IMG/VR virus record: IMGVR_UViG_3300047560_000724
Coordinates: 16,580-80,579 of that record
Length of the DNA stretch: 64,000 bases
Reading direction: 5' to 3' (one strand)
Source: a virus
The position numbers were made by a program, and so were the translations under genes. Positions 40,729 through 47,470 of the stretch are shown here, one piece after another. The notes beneath the pieces are model-generated. The model saw nothing but the letters and a program-made list of their open reading frames with translations, made no database searches and had not been told where the DNA came from. Within the stretch, counting starts at the first letter, position 1; each line of letters opens with the position of its first letter.

Positions 40729-40806
40729 TGGAGCAACGGGAGGGATTTGAACCCCCGGTTTTACGGATTTGCAATCCGTTGCATTGGGCCGCTCTGCCAC
40801 CGTTGC
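40729..40806 (-). tRNA. tRNA-Cys(GCA)
   Basis: Cloverleaf, loop TTGCAAA, encoded CCA. Confidence 0.9.
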
Positions 40807-40811
40807 ATATT

Positions 40812-40887
40812 TGGTGGGTCCTGACGGGCTCGAACCGCCGACATTCTGCGTGTAAGGCAGACGCTCTACCAACTGAGCTAAGGACCC
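40812..40887 (-). tRNA. tRNA-Val(TAC), canonical
   Basis: Cloverleaf, loop CTTACAC, CCA. Confidence 0.95.
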
Positions 40888-40894
40888 AAATGCT

Positions 40895-41125
40895 TTACTT
40901 GACTCGCTTCAAGTACTCTTTACCAATCTTACCTTCTTGAATTTCTTCTAAGGCTGTAATGATAGGAAAAATATGTTCTCGCTTAGTGCTTTCTTGATTG
41001 TGTCTTTTGATTTCTCTAGACCTTGCCGCAGCAATTAATACAAGATCAAATCTATTCTCCCCTGCATTAGTAACACACTTGTCAGTGTCAATACCAGTAC
41101 CACGACTATCACTTAGCTTTCTCAT
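40895..41125 (-). CDS. rpoZ: RNA polymerase omega subunit-like
   Basis: NRFDLVLIAAARSREI...TALEEIQEGKI. Confidence 0.8.
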   Translation of the reverse strand: MRKLSDSRGTGIDTDKCVTNAGENRFDLVLIAAARSREIKRHNQESTKREHIFPIITALEEIQEGKIGKEYLKRVK

Positions 41126-41153
41126 ATAATATCCTCTTTGTGTATTTAATACT

Positions 41154-41228
41154 TGGTCCCGTTACCAAGAATCGAACTTGGATCTAATTCTTAGGAGGAA
41201 CTTGTTCTATCCATTGAACTATAACGAG
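41154..41228 (-). tRNA. tRNA-Arg(CCT)
   Basis: Cloverleaf, loop CTCCTAA, CCA. Confidence 0.9.
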
Positions 41229-41229
41229 A

Positions 41230-41319
41230 TGGTCCCCCGTTGAGGAATCGAACCTCATCCTGGACCTTATCTAGATTAAGGTGTTATAAGCACCCCTGCT
41301 CTCCATGAGCTAACGGGGG
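41230..41319 (-). tRNA. Atypical tRNA-Ile(TAT) with long variable region
   Basis: CCCCCGT/ACGGGGG acceptor, loop CTTATAA, about 20-nt variable region. Confidence 0.7.
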
Positions 41320-41326
41320 ATGAAGT

Positions 41327-41400
41327 TGGTTGCGGGTCCCGGAATCGAACCAGGATCTCGAGCTTATGAGACTCGTGAGTTACCGTTTCTCTAACCCGCT
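41327..41400 (-). tRNA. tRNA-Met(CAT) with 1:72 mismatch (initiator-like)
   Basis: Loop CTCATAA, A1xA72; lacks three G-C anticodon-stem pairs. Confidence 0.8.
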
Positions 41401-41406
41401 ATAAAT

Positions 41407-41483
41407 TGGTCGGAGTACAAGGATTCGAACCTTGGACCCCCTGGTCCCAAACCAGGTGCGCTACCAGACTGCGCCACACTCCG
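41407..41483 (-). tRNA. tRNA-Pro(TGG), canonical
   Basis: Loop TTTGGGA, CCA. Confidence 0.95.
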
Positions 41484-41485
41484 AA

Positions 41486-41698
41486 TTAAACTGTTGTTTT
41501 CTTTTTCCTAGTCTTCTTAACTGGAATTTCTGCACTCGCTACACTAGCAATAGCTTCTTGGACATCACGCATAAGGGCTTCGTCGTCCCATATAAGTTCT
41601 GTACTTCCGTCTTCAAATGTCTTAACGGTTAGGTGACTACCTTGATTAATCTTTGGCCATCCGTTAGCTTCTACATTTTTTAATTTCTTAGTCGCCAT
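41486..41698 (-). CDS. Hypothetical protein
   Basis: AAGGA SD, 70 aa between tRNAs. Confidence 0.7.
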   Translation of the reverse strand: MATKKLKNVEANGWPKINQGSHLTVKTFEDGSTELIWDDEALMRDVQEAIASVASAEIPVKKTRKKKTTV

Positions 41699-41716
41699 TT
41701 GCTAGTCCTTAAAATT

Positions 41717-41789
41717 TGGAGCGGGTAGTCGGATTCGAACCGGCTTCTTTAGCTTGGAAGGCTAAGTCCTCTCCCAGGAGAATACCCGC
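41717..41789 (-). tRNA. tRNA-Gly(TCC), atypical D arm
   Basis: Loop CTTCCAA, U73, CCA. Confidence 0.85.
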
Positions 41790-41992
41790 ATAGTGTTTAG
41801 CTACTCCCACCACAGGAGCCCTAAACTGAGCTGTTACTCTGTCCACTAGCCTTTCCATCTAGACGGTGCTGAGGTCCGCCTTTGTGATTTCTCAAGTCGC
41901 TTTACACAAGCCTTGCGGTAGATCCAATGCACCGAGCTATTAAGGTTTAAGCAATTACCTAACTCTATTACGCTGAGTTAACGCGGGGTTTT
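41790..41992 (-). ncRNA. Unassigned structured intergenic RNA candidate
   Basis: About 200 nt, relatively GC-rich, no ORF in the track, several hairpins between tRNAs. Confidence 0.4.
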
Positions 41993-42068
41993 TGGTGCCC
42001 CTTGTCCGACTCGAACAGACCACCTACTGATTACAAATCAGTTGCTCTACCAGATGAGCTAAAGGGGC
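41993..42068 (-). tRNA. tRNA-Thr(TGT), canonical
   Basis: Loop TTTGTAA, CCA. Confidence 0.93.
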
Positions 42069-42074
42069 GTATTG

Positions 42075-42335
42075 TTATTTAATTTCGTTACCTGCTAGGT
42101 CTGCTTTTCCAGTCTCATAAAGTTCTTTGCGTCTTGCAAATTCATCTTCACTTAAACCGTGCCAACCAATACACTTGCCAGTTGGGCTACGGCCACACCC
42201 GCATCTTCCAACTTCGTCTATATTTTCTTTTACTCTTACTTGCATATCTTTATCTTTTTTAAAAATTGCATCCCAGTTACTATCAAATGTAGTTAATGGA
42301 ACACTTAACGGTCTTGCTTTACTGCCTTTACCCAT
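42075..42335 (-). CDS. CDGSH-type Fe-S/zinc-finger protein
   Basis: CGCGRSPTGKCIGWH; AGGAG SD before MGKG. Confidence 0.7.
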   Translation of the reverse strand: MGKGSKARPLSVPLTTFDSNWDAIFKKDKDMQVRVKENIDEVGRCGCGRSPTGKCIGWHGLSEDEFARRKELYETGKADLAGNEIK

Positions 42336-42363
42336 TAGATAATCTCCTGTGTGTTTGGTGGAC

Positions 42364-42750
42364 TTATCGTTTAAGTCCCCTTGCCTGTCTGCCCTTACCT
42401 TTATTCTTAGCAACAAATGTATCTGTTTGACTATGGCAGTTTGGACACAACAGTCTTAAATTTTTTGGCTTATCATTACCTGCATCACCGTCTATATGAT
42501 CTAATTGTAGCACTAAAGGTACATCGTTGTAAACCCCTTCATTGCCACAACTTACACATCTATAACCATGCAAGTGTGTTAAGCATCTTATTAAAGTTCT
42601 TCTTGTAGAAATTTCGCCTTTTAAAAACTTAGACAAAGTTTCTGTTTCAAATTGATGTTGCTGCTGACAAGTGTTATTACAATACTTGTTTGCATAATTC
42701 CTTTTTACAGGATTCTCTTTACCGCAACATAAACAATTGAATGTATTCAT
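42364..42750 (-). CDS. HNH endonuclease (free-standing, homing-type)
   Basis: LQLDHIDG...N....NLRLLCPNCHSQT; N-terminal Cys finger. Confidence 0.9.
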   Translation of the reverse strand: MNTFNCLCCGKENPVKRNYANKYCNNTCQQQHQFETETLSKFLKGEISTRRTLIRCLTHLHGYRCVSCGNEGVYNDVPLVLQLDHIDGDAGNDKPKNLRLLCPNCHSQTDTFVAKNKGKGRQARGLKR

Positions 42751-42790
42751 AATGTAGTCCTCTACATTATTTATACAGAACTCTACATTT

Positions 42791-43471
42791 TTAAAGAACT
42801 TTGGTGGAGGTAACAGGGATCGAACCTGCGACATTTTGGTTGCAAACCAAACGCTCTCCCAGCTGAGCTATACCCCCGAATAACGCTTTTTTAGCATCAT
42901 CAAAATAAACAGCGCCTGGATTAACATCTCTTAATGTTAGCACCATTCTTTCATTTTTTGATTTGCTGTTATCAAAATCGTGAAAAATTTCTGTATTAAA
43001 AAGAATACACTCGCCCTGTTGTGCGGTCATACGCTTTAATGGAGTATGTTTTTTAGAATCAAATCCTAAACATTCTCTACTTTGTTTCCTTTCAATAGGA
43101 TCAGGATCAATTGGGTATTCTTTTAACTCTTCATCGGAATACCAACTTGTAACACAATCGTTATCAAGAATCTTAACTGTATAATTAAGACTGTAGCGAT
43201 GGTCTAACCCGTCCTTATGTGCTCTATAATAATATCCTGGCTGTGTTGTAAACAACGACACTCGCCATTGATTTAATTTTAGTTCTTCATTCAATGGTAT
43301 ACTATCCATAATATCTTTTGCTTGTGCTGTAGGATATATGTGATGTGTAAATCCTTTTGTAAAGGACATACCCCATACATACGCCAGGCATTTAGTTATT
43401 ACAGTATCTAGTCCTTCGTGTGTAAAACGAATATAGTACGGACTACAGTCTTCTATTATAGTATACTTCAT
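42791..43471 (-). CDS. 2OG-Fe(II) oxygenase/cupin-like protein reading through tRNA-Ala
   Basis: AHKD...FH.F.N...ER.VLT.R. Confidence 0.7.
   Translation of the reverse strand: MKYTIIEDCSPYYIRFTHEGLDTVITKCLAYVWGMSFTKGFTHHIYPTAQAKDIMDSIPLNEELKLNQWRVSLFTTQPGYYYRAHKDGLDHRYSLNYTVKILDNDCVTSWYSDEELKEYPIDPDPIERKQSRECLGFDSKKHTPLKRMTAQQGECILFNTEIFHDFDNSKSKNERMVLTLRDVNPGAVYFDDAKKALFGGIAQLGERLVCNQNVAGSIPVTSTKVL
42802..42877 (-). tRNA. tRNA-Ala(TGC), canonical
   Basis: G3:U70, loop TTTGCAA, CCA. Confidence 0.95.
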
Positions 43472-43481
43472 TGTATATTTA

Positions 43482-43558
43482 TGGCTCCCCGAGCTGGGCT
43501 CGAACCAGCGACACCTTGATTAACAGTCAAGTGCTTCTACCAACTGAGCTATCAGGGA
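43482..43558 (-). tRNA. tRNA-Asn(GTT), canonical
   Basis: Loop CTGTTAA, G73, CCA. Confidence 0.93.
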
Positions 43559-43564
43559 ATATTC

Positions 43565-44014
43565 TCATATCTCTTTATGTAGCCTATAAAATTTAGGGTA
43601 CATACCGACCTTGGCCGCTGATGCTAAACGACTCTTGTTGTTTACTTCAACAAGACTACTTAACATATAAGCGCCTAATTTTTTACAATCTGCCTCGTAG
43701 TACTCGTGGCAAATTTGATTTAATCCTCTTCCTCGGAATTCTGGTTCAGTAAAACTAAGAACTAACCAGCCCATTCGTTGATCTGGATAGTATTCATAAG
43801 CAATACCGCCTTGAACATTACCACTAGTATCTTGCACCCAAACAACTCTGTTTGAAATCTTAAATGCAAAAGTGGGTAATGAAAACCCTTTATCAACAAG
43901 TTCAGCCCAAACTTTTAAAAACGGAGCAACAACTGGAGTATATTGCATCGTATCCGATTGCCAAACTTCAATTGGGTTACCTAGCTTGTCTTGAGCATCT
44001 GCTATCTTCTTCAT
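43565..44014 (-). CDS. GNAT-family acetyltransferase
   Basis: FTEPEFRGRGL...N..R...AKVG. Confidence 0.8.
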   Translation of the reverse strand: MKKIADAQDKLGNPIEVWQSDTMQYTPVVAPFLKVWAELVDKGFSLPTFAFKISNRVVWVQDTSGNVQGGIAYEYYPDQRMGWLVLSFTEPEFRGRGLNQICHEYYEADCKKLGAYMLSSLVEVNNKSRLASAAKVGMYPKFYRLHKEI

Positions 44015-44055
44015 ACTTACACCTTTAAAAATGTAAATTACTTATCACTACTAAT

Positions 44056-44149
44056 TGGCGGTGAGCGAGAGATTCGAACTCTCGATGCAGGTTTATGCCC
44101 ACATGCCTCCTTAGCAGGGAGGTACCTTCGGCCACTCGGTCAGCTCACC
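44056..44149 (-). tRNA. tRNA-Ser(GCT)
   Basis: Long variable arm, loop CTGCTAA, G73. Confidence 0.95.
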
Positions 44150-44150
44150 A

Positions 44151-44352
44151 TTAGTTGTATTGTCTTGTTATGGACAACAATAACCCTATTGCCGTTTGCT
44201 TTTAACGAGCACAACTTGTATGAGTCCTCCTGCAGAAGGTTGTCTCACTTTCATTATGCATCAACAGTATTGGCCGCGCTAGCTAGACGGAGGACCCATT
44301 GACTGTGCATTACCCAGGTGTACACTGAGTTTTTCCAAAACAATACAACTAA
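44151..44352 (-). ncRNA. Unassigned 200-nt RNA closed by a long perfect stem
   Basis: TTAGTTGTATTGT/ACAATACAACTAA. Confidence 0.55.
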
Positions 44353-44437
44353 TGGTGGACAGGGACGGATTCGAACCATCGTAGCCTGAGGCGGCAGATT
44401 TACAGTCTGCTGGTATTAACCACTCACCCACCTGTCC
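44353..44437 (-). tRNA. tRNA-Tyr(GTA), canonical
   Basis: Loop CTGTAAA, variable arm, CCA. Confidence 0.95.
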
Positions 44438-44443
44438 ATTGTT

Positions 44444-44528
44444 TGGTGCGACCTCCCGGAATCGAACCGGGACGACTTTCGTCGAGAGATTTTAAGTCTC
44501 TTGTGTCTACCTATTTCACCAAGGTCGC
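44444..44528 (-). tRNA. tRNA-Leu(TAA)
   Basis: Loop CTTAAAA, variable arm. Confidence 0.95.
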
Positions 44529-44533
44529 ATATC

Positions 44534-44761
44534 TTACTGACTTCTGCGCTTCATCCAAGTGTAGTCTACACCGTCTGGACACTTTCCGTCATTAACGCTG
44601 TCAGCACCAAAGATGCCAACAATTTCCATTTCGTTACCTTTTATAGTAACAAATTCATTCATGTGCTTTGCAAGGTTCATTGCTTCTGCAAGTGTAAGAA
44701 CCTTAAATGTTTCTTCTTTACCTATTACTTTATACATTGTTAATTTTACTTTCTTTTTCAC
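44534..44761 (-). CDS. Hypothetical protein
   Basis: ORF between tRNAs; start uncertain. Confidence 0.6.
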   Translation of the reverse strand: MKKKVKLTMYKVIGKEETFKVLTLAEAMNLAKHMNEFVTIKGNEMEIVGIFGADSVNDGKCPDGVDYTWMKRRSQ

Positions 44762-44787
44762 TCATCACAACAATGACGACAATTAAA

Positions 44788-44861
44788 TGGCGTACCCCCA
44801 GGGACTCGAACCCCGACCGACAGTTTTGGAGACTGTAATGCTGCCATTACACTAGGGATAC
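44788..44861 (-). tRNA. tRNA-Trp(CCA)
   Basis: Loop CTCCAAA, G73. Confidence 0.9.
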
Positions 44862-44868
44862 ATGTCCT

Positions 44869-44960
44869 TGGCGGAAGCTGAGAGATTCGAACTCTCGGAC
44901 GGGATAAACCGTCGGCAGTTTTCAAGACTGCTGCAATAAACCGGACTCTGCCAAACTTCC
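44869..44960 (-). tRNA. tRNA-Ser(TGA)
   Basis: Loop CTTGAAA, long variable arm. Confidence 0.95.
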
Positions 44961-44965
44961 ATTAT

Positions 44966-45048
44966 TGGTGCCCCCTCCGAGACTCGAACTCGGACGCTCT
45001 CGCACTGGCTTCTAAGACCAGCGTGTCTACCAATTCCACCAAAGGGGC
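44966..45048 (-). tRNA. tRNA-Leu(TAG)
   Basis: Loop CTTAGAA. Confidence 0.95.
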
Positions 45049-45057
45049 ATAATTCTT

Positions 45058-45153
45058 TACCATATAGAAACACACTAGCGGGCATATCTAGGTTGCCGCT
45101 TATCGCACCTTAGTCCTAGTACTGAGTATAGGCTAGTGCATTTTTATATGGTA
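45058..45153 (-). repeat. Family-B stem element copy 1
   Basis: Plus-strand ACCATATAGAAACACACT...TATATGGT closing stem. Confidence 0.65.
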
Positions 45154-45224
45154 CTCGGTAGGGGAATCGAACCCCTCTTCCCGCCGTGAAAGGGCGGTGT
45201 CCTAGACCGATAGACGAACCGAGC
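45149..45224 (-). tRNA. tRNA-Glu(TTC), canonical
   Basis: Loop CTTTCAC. Confidence 0.95.
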
Positions 45225-45284
45225 AAATTAACCGTTAAATTTTTAATGAACAATTATACTACTGTGTTAACAGCGTATGTATCT

Positions 45285-45313
45285 ATTATATAGCCTACCA
45301 AGCATTGTGTCAA
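45285..45313 (-). promoter_or_regulatory. Internal sigma70 promoter of the distal tRNA block, with a boxA-like element
   Basis: TTGACA-17-TATAAT; TGTTCATTAAAA at 45241-45252. Confidence 0.75.
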
Positions 45314-45344
45314 TACTTTTTTGGCTAACAATGCAAATATATTT

Positions 45345-45419
45345 TGGCCGGGCTTAGAGGAATCGAACCTCTACCTGCGGTTTCGAAGACCGTAATGATA
45401 TCCATTTCACCAAAGCCCG
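45345..45419 (-). tRNA. tRNA-Arg(TCG)
   Basis: Loop CTTCGAA. Confidence 0.85.
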
Positions 45420-45432
45420 CAATAAATATTCT

Positions 45433-45975
45433 GTGAAAAATTATTATCCAATACTAGTTGACAATTTAGAATCATTAAGGGAAAAAGTACTTGCCAATCT
45501 TCCTGAACGAGTTTTTAACTTTACTGCCGTTACTTACGACCATGCACTTGCTTATAACATAGCAAGACTACCCGAAGTAGTTTCTGCACTCGAACAGTTT
45601 GGAGGTATTAAACAAATTGAGTCAATTGCGTTTAATGTAACACCACCTAACCGTACTGGGAAGATACATACCGACACTGGCGGATATGCTTACACTTTTA
45701 ATATTCCATTATTAAATTTTAGAAACACATTCTTACGGTTACACAGGAAAACTAAAGAACCTATTTCTAAAACTTATAAAGATCCGCAAGGTAATGATAT
45801 CAATTATCACTTATACAATAAAACAAACTGTGTGTTAGATCAAACAATAGAAACGCTTGAACCACATATATTTAATACAACAGTTCCACATCAAGTAGTT
45901 AATCCTAACGATACTATCAGAATTAATATGCTGATTAGATTGAAGTTAGATACTGACTTTAGTAAATTTAATTAA
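45433..45975 (+). CDS. 2OG-Fe(II) oxygenase/cupin-like protein, antisense to the array
   Basis: IHTD...FNTTVPHQV.N...R. Confidence 0.7.
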   Translation: MKNYYPILVDNLESLREKVLANLPERVFNFTAVTYDHALAYNIARLPEVVSALEQFGGIKQIESIAFNVTPPNRTGKIHTDTGGYAYTFNIPLLNFRNTFLRLHRKTKEPISKTYKDPQGNDINYHLYNKTNCVLDQTIETLEPHIFNTTVPHQVVNPNDTIRINMLIRLKLDTDFSKFN

Positions 45976-45976
45976 C

Positions 45977-46051
45977 TGGCACCGCGAGTTGGATTCGAAC
46001 CAACATCTTACACTTTAGAAGAGTGTTGCCTATCCCTTAGACTATCGCGGT
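45977..46051 (-). tRNA. tRNA-Arg(TCT)
   Basis: Loop CTTCTAA. Confidence 0.9.
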
Positions 46052-46052
46052 A

Positions 46053-46126
46053 TGGTGCTCTTAGATAGAATCGAACTATCATTACCTCCATACCAAAGAG
46101 GCGTTCTACCATTTAACTATAAGAGC
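46053..46126 (-). tRNA. tRNA-Thr(GGT)
   Basis: Loop TTGGTAT. Confidence 0.85.
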
Positions 46127-46128
46127 AA

Positions 46129-46207
46129 TGGTACCCCTGCTCCGATTCGAACGGAGAACAACTTCTCCTTTTGAGAGAGACGACTTTACCAATTTGTCCA
46201 CAGGGGC
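46129..46207 (-). tRNA. tRNA-Leu(CAA) with short variable region
   Basis: Loop CTCAAAA, 7-nt variable region. Confidence 0.85.
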
Positions 46208-46264
46208 ATAGAATTTGTCTTAGATTGTTCACCGCACAATCTAAGAAAGCGGGGGTCTGTTGAA

Positions 46265-46477
46265 TTTGTAAGTAGTTCCCCCATCGTTATAGGAACCATT
46301 CACCCGTGTAATTAAGCCGGCCGGGACTCGGTACGCCACTAGGGATACTAGTCCAGTTTAGCAACCTGTTTGCAACCGTCCTTCCGGGCGGCCGGGAGTT
46401 GAACCCGCAACCTTCTACTATTTCGGTCCTTCGAAGAAACCTAGATAGCGTGACATTCTCTTGCTGACACTTACAAA
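46265..46477 (-). ncRNA. Unassigned 213-nt RNA, possible divergent stem-CAGCAA module
   Basis: Closing stem TTTGTAAGT/ACTTACAAA, then GT-CAGCAA; T-arm-like GGG TTCAACT CCC. Confidence 0.55.
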
Positions 46478-46482
46478 ACTGT

Positions 46483-46558
46483 TGGGGTGCTAGATGGGGA
46501 ACGATCCCATACTATCGCTTTCACAGAGCGAGGTGCAGACCACTACACTACTAACACC
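46483..46558 (-). tRNA. tRNA-His(GTG) with encoded G-1
   Basis: Loop CTGTGAA, C73; atypical T loop ATCGTTC. Confidence 0.85.
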
Positions 46559-46566
46559 ATAGAAAA

Positions 46567-46684
46567 AACAGGATACATTTTATAGCGCACTACCAATTGT
46601 GCTAACTTGGCATGAAGCCAAATGTTGGACTCGAACCAACAACCTCTCGCTTAGAAGGCGAAAATTGTTTGCTGTTAGTATCCT
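46567..46684 (-). ncRNA. Stem-ACAGCAA module copy 4 carrying circularly permuted tRNA-Arg(TCT)
   Basis: Order anticodon arm, T arm, loop-closed 7-bp acceptor, D arm inside AGGATAC/GTATCCT. Confidence 0.85.
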
Positions 46685-46689
46685 AAACT

Positions 46690-46765
46690 TGGAGCGGGAG
46701 ACGAGGTTCGAACTCGCGACATTTACCTTGGCAAGGTAATGCTCTACCAACTGAGCTACTCCCGC
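46690..46765 (-). tRNA. tRNA-Gly(GCC)
   Basis: Loop TTGCCAA. Confidence 0.95.
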
Positions 46766-46773
46766 ATGAGACT

Positions 46774-46850
46774 TGGCGCGGTGGACGGGGCTCGAACCCG
46801 CGACCCTTGGCGTGACAGGCCAATACTCTGACCAACTGAGCTACCACCGC
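46774..46850 (-). tRNA. tRNA-Asp(GTC), canonical
   Basis: Loop CTGTCAC. Confidence 0.95.
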
Positions 46851-46873
46851 GTAATTTTAATTATCTTTTATTT

Positions 46874-46947
46874 TGGTTCCTCCAACAAGAATCGAACTTG
46901 TAATGACCGGTTATCAGCCGATTGTTATACCATTTAACTATAGAGGA
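46874..46947 (-). tRNA. tRNA-Ile(GAT)
   Basis: Loop CTGATAA. Confidence 0.88.
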
Positions 46948-46953
46948 ATAATT

Positions 46954-47028
46954 TGGTGGTGATGAGTAGAGTCGAACTACCACCAGACTCCGTATGAAGG
47001 AGGCGCACTACCATTATGCTACATCACC
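46954..47028 (-). tRNA. tRNA(CAT), Met or Ile2
   Basis: Loop TTCATAC. Confidence 0.8.
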
Positions 47029-47121
47029 ATATAGAAACACACTCGTGCCTTTTTCGTCAGAGGAAGGTGGCCTTTCCCAGTACCCGGACTATGTCCGGTG
47101 TCGAATATGTTTTCATATGGT
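47026..47121 (-). repeat. Family-B stem element copy 2
   Basis: Same 18-mer and closing stem. Confidence 0.65.
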
Positions 47122-47123
47122 AA

Positions 47124-47211
47124 TACCATATAGAAACACACTGGCTTGCAAGACTTCTACTAACCTTTCGATGGATGTCGCAGTTAGTATTCAATGTGTT
47201 TTTATATGGTA
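47124..47211 (-). repeat. Family-B stem element copy 3
   Basis: Same 18-mer and closing stem. Confidence 0.65.
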
Positions 47212-47280
47212 GGGGCACAGAGAATCGAACTCTGATTAATAGGTTAAAAGCCTACTACTTTGCCGTTAAGTTATACCCCC
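47207..47280 (-). tRNA. tRNA-Lys(TTT)
   Basis: Loop CTTTTAA. Confidence 0.9.
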
Positions 47281-47283
47281 GTA

Positions 47284-47358
47284 TGGTCCACGCTCTGAGA
47301 ATCGAACTCAGTTCCTCCGGGTAAGAGCCGGTTACTTCGCCACTAAAGTTTAGCGTGG
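47284..47358 (-). tRNA. tRNA-Lys(CTT)
   Basis: Loop CTCTTAC. Confidence 0.85.
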
Positions 47359-47419
47359 TTGGTCGTAATTAAATTGATTTAATGTGCCAACCAGGACCAA
47401 TACGGGGTCAAGGTCGACA

Positions 47420-47440
47420 CTAGCGTTTACCGCGTTTCAT
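47420..47440 (-). other. Minigene MKRGKR* followed by a hairpin
   Basis: AAGGAG SD, ATG AAA CGC GGT AAA CGC TAG; stem 47384-47420. Confidence 0.5.
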
Positions 47441-47470
47441 GTCGTTCTCCTTTTGAACATTGTTGAAATA

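Noticed and set aside
44151-44352. tmRNA (GCA AAC start resembling a tag, ANGNRVIVVH*)
   Set aside because: No tRNA-Ala-like ends and the peptide lacks an Ala-Ala-type C-terminus.
45058-47211. 18-mer repeats as a CRISPR array
   Set aside because: Only three copies, irregularly spaced (about 2 kb and 99 bp), each part of a long closing stem; no cas genes in the window.
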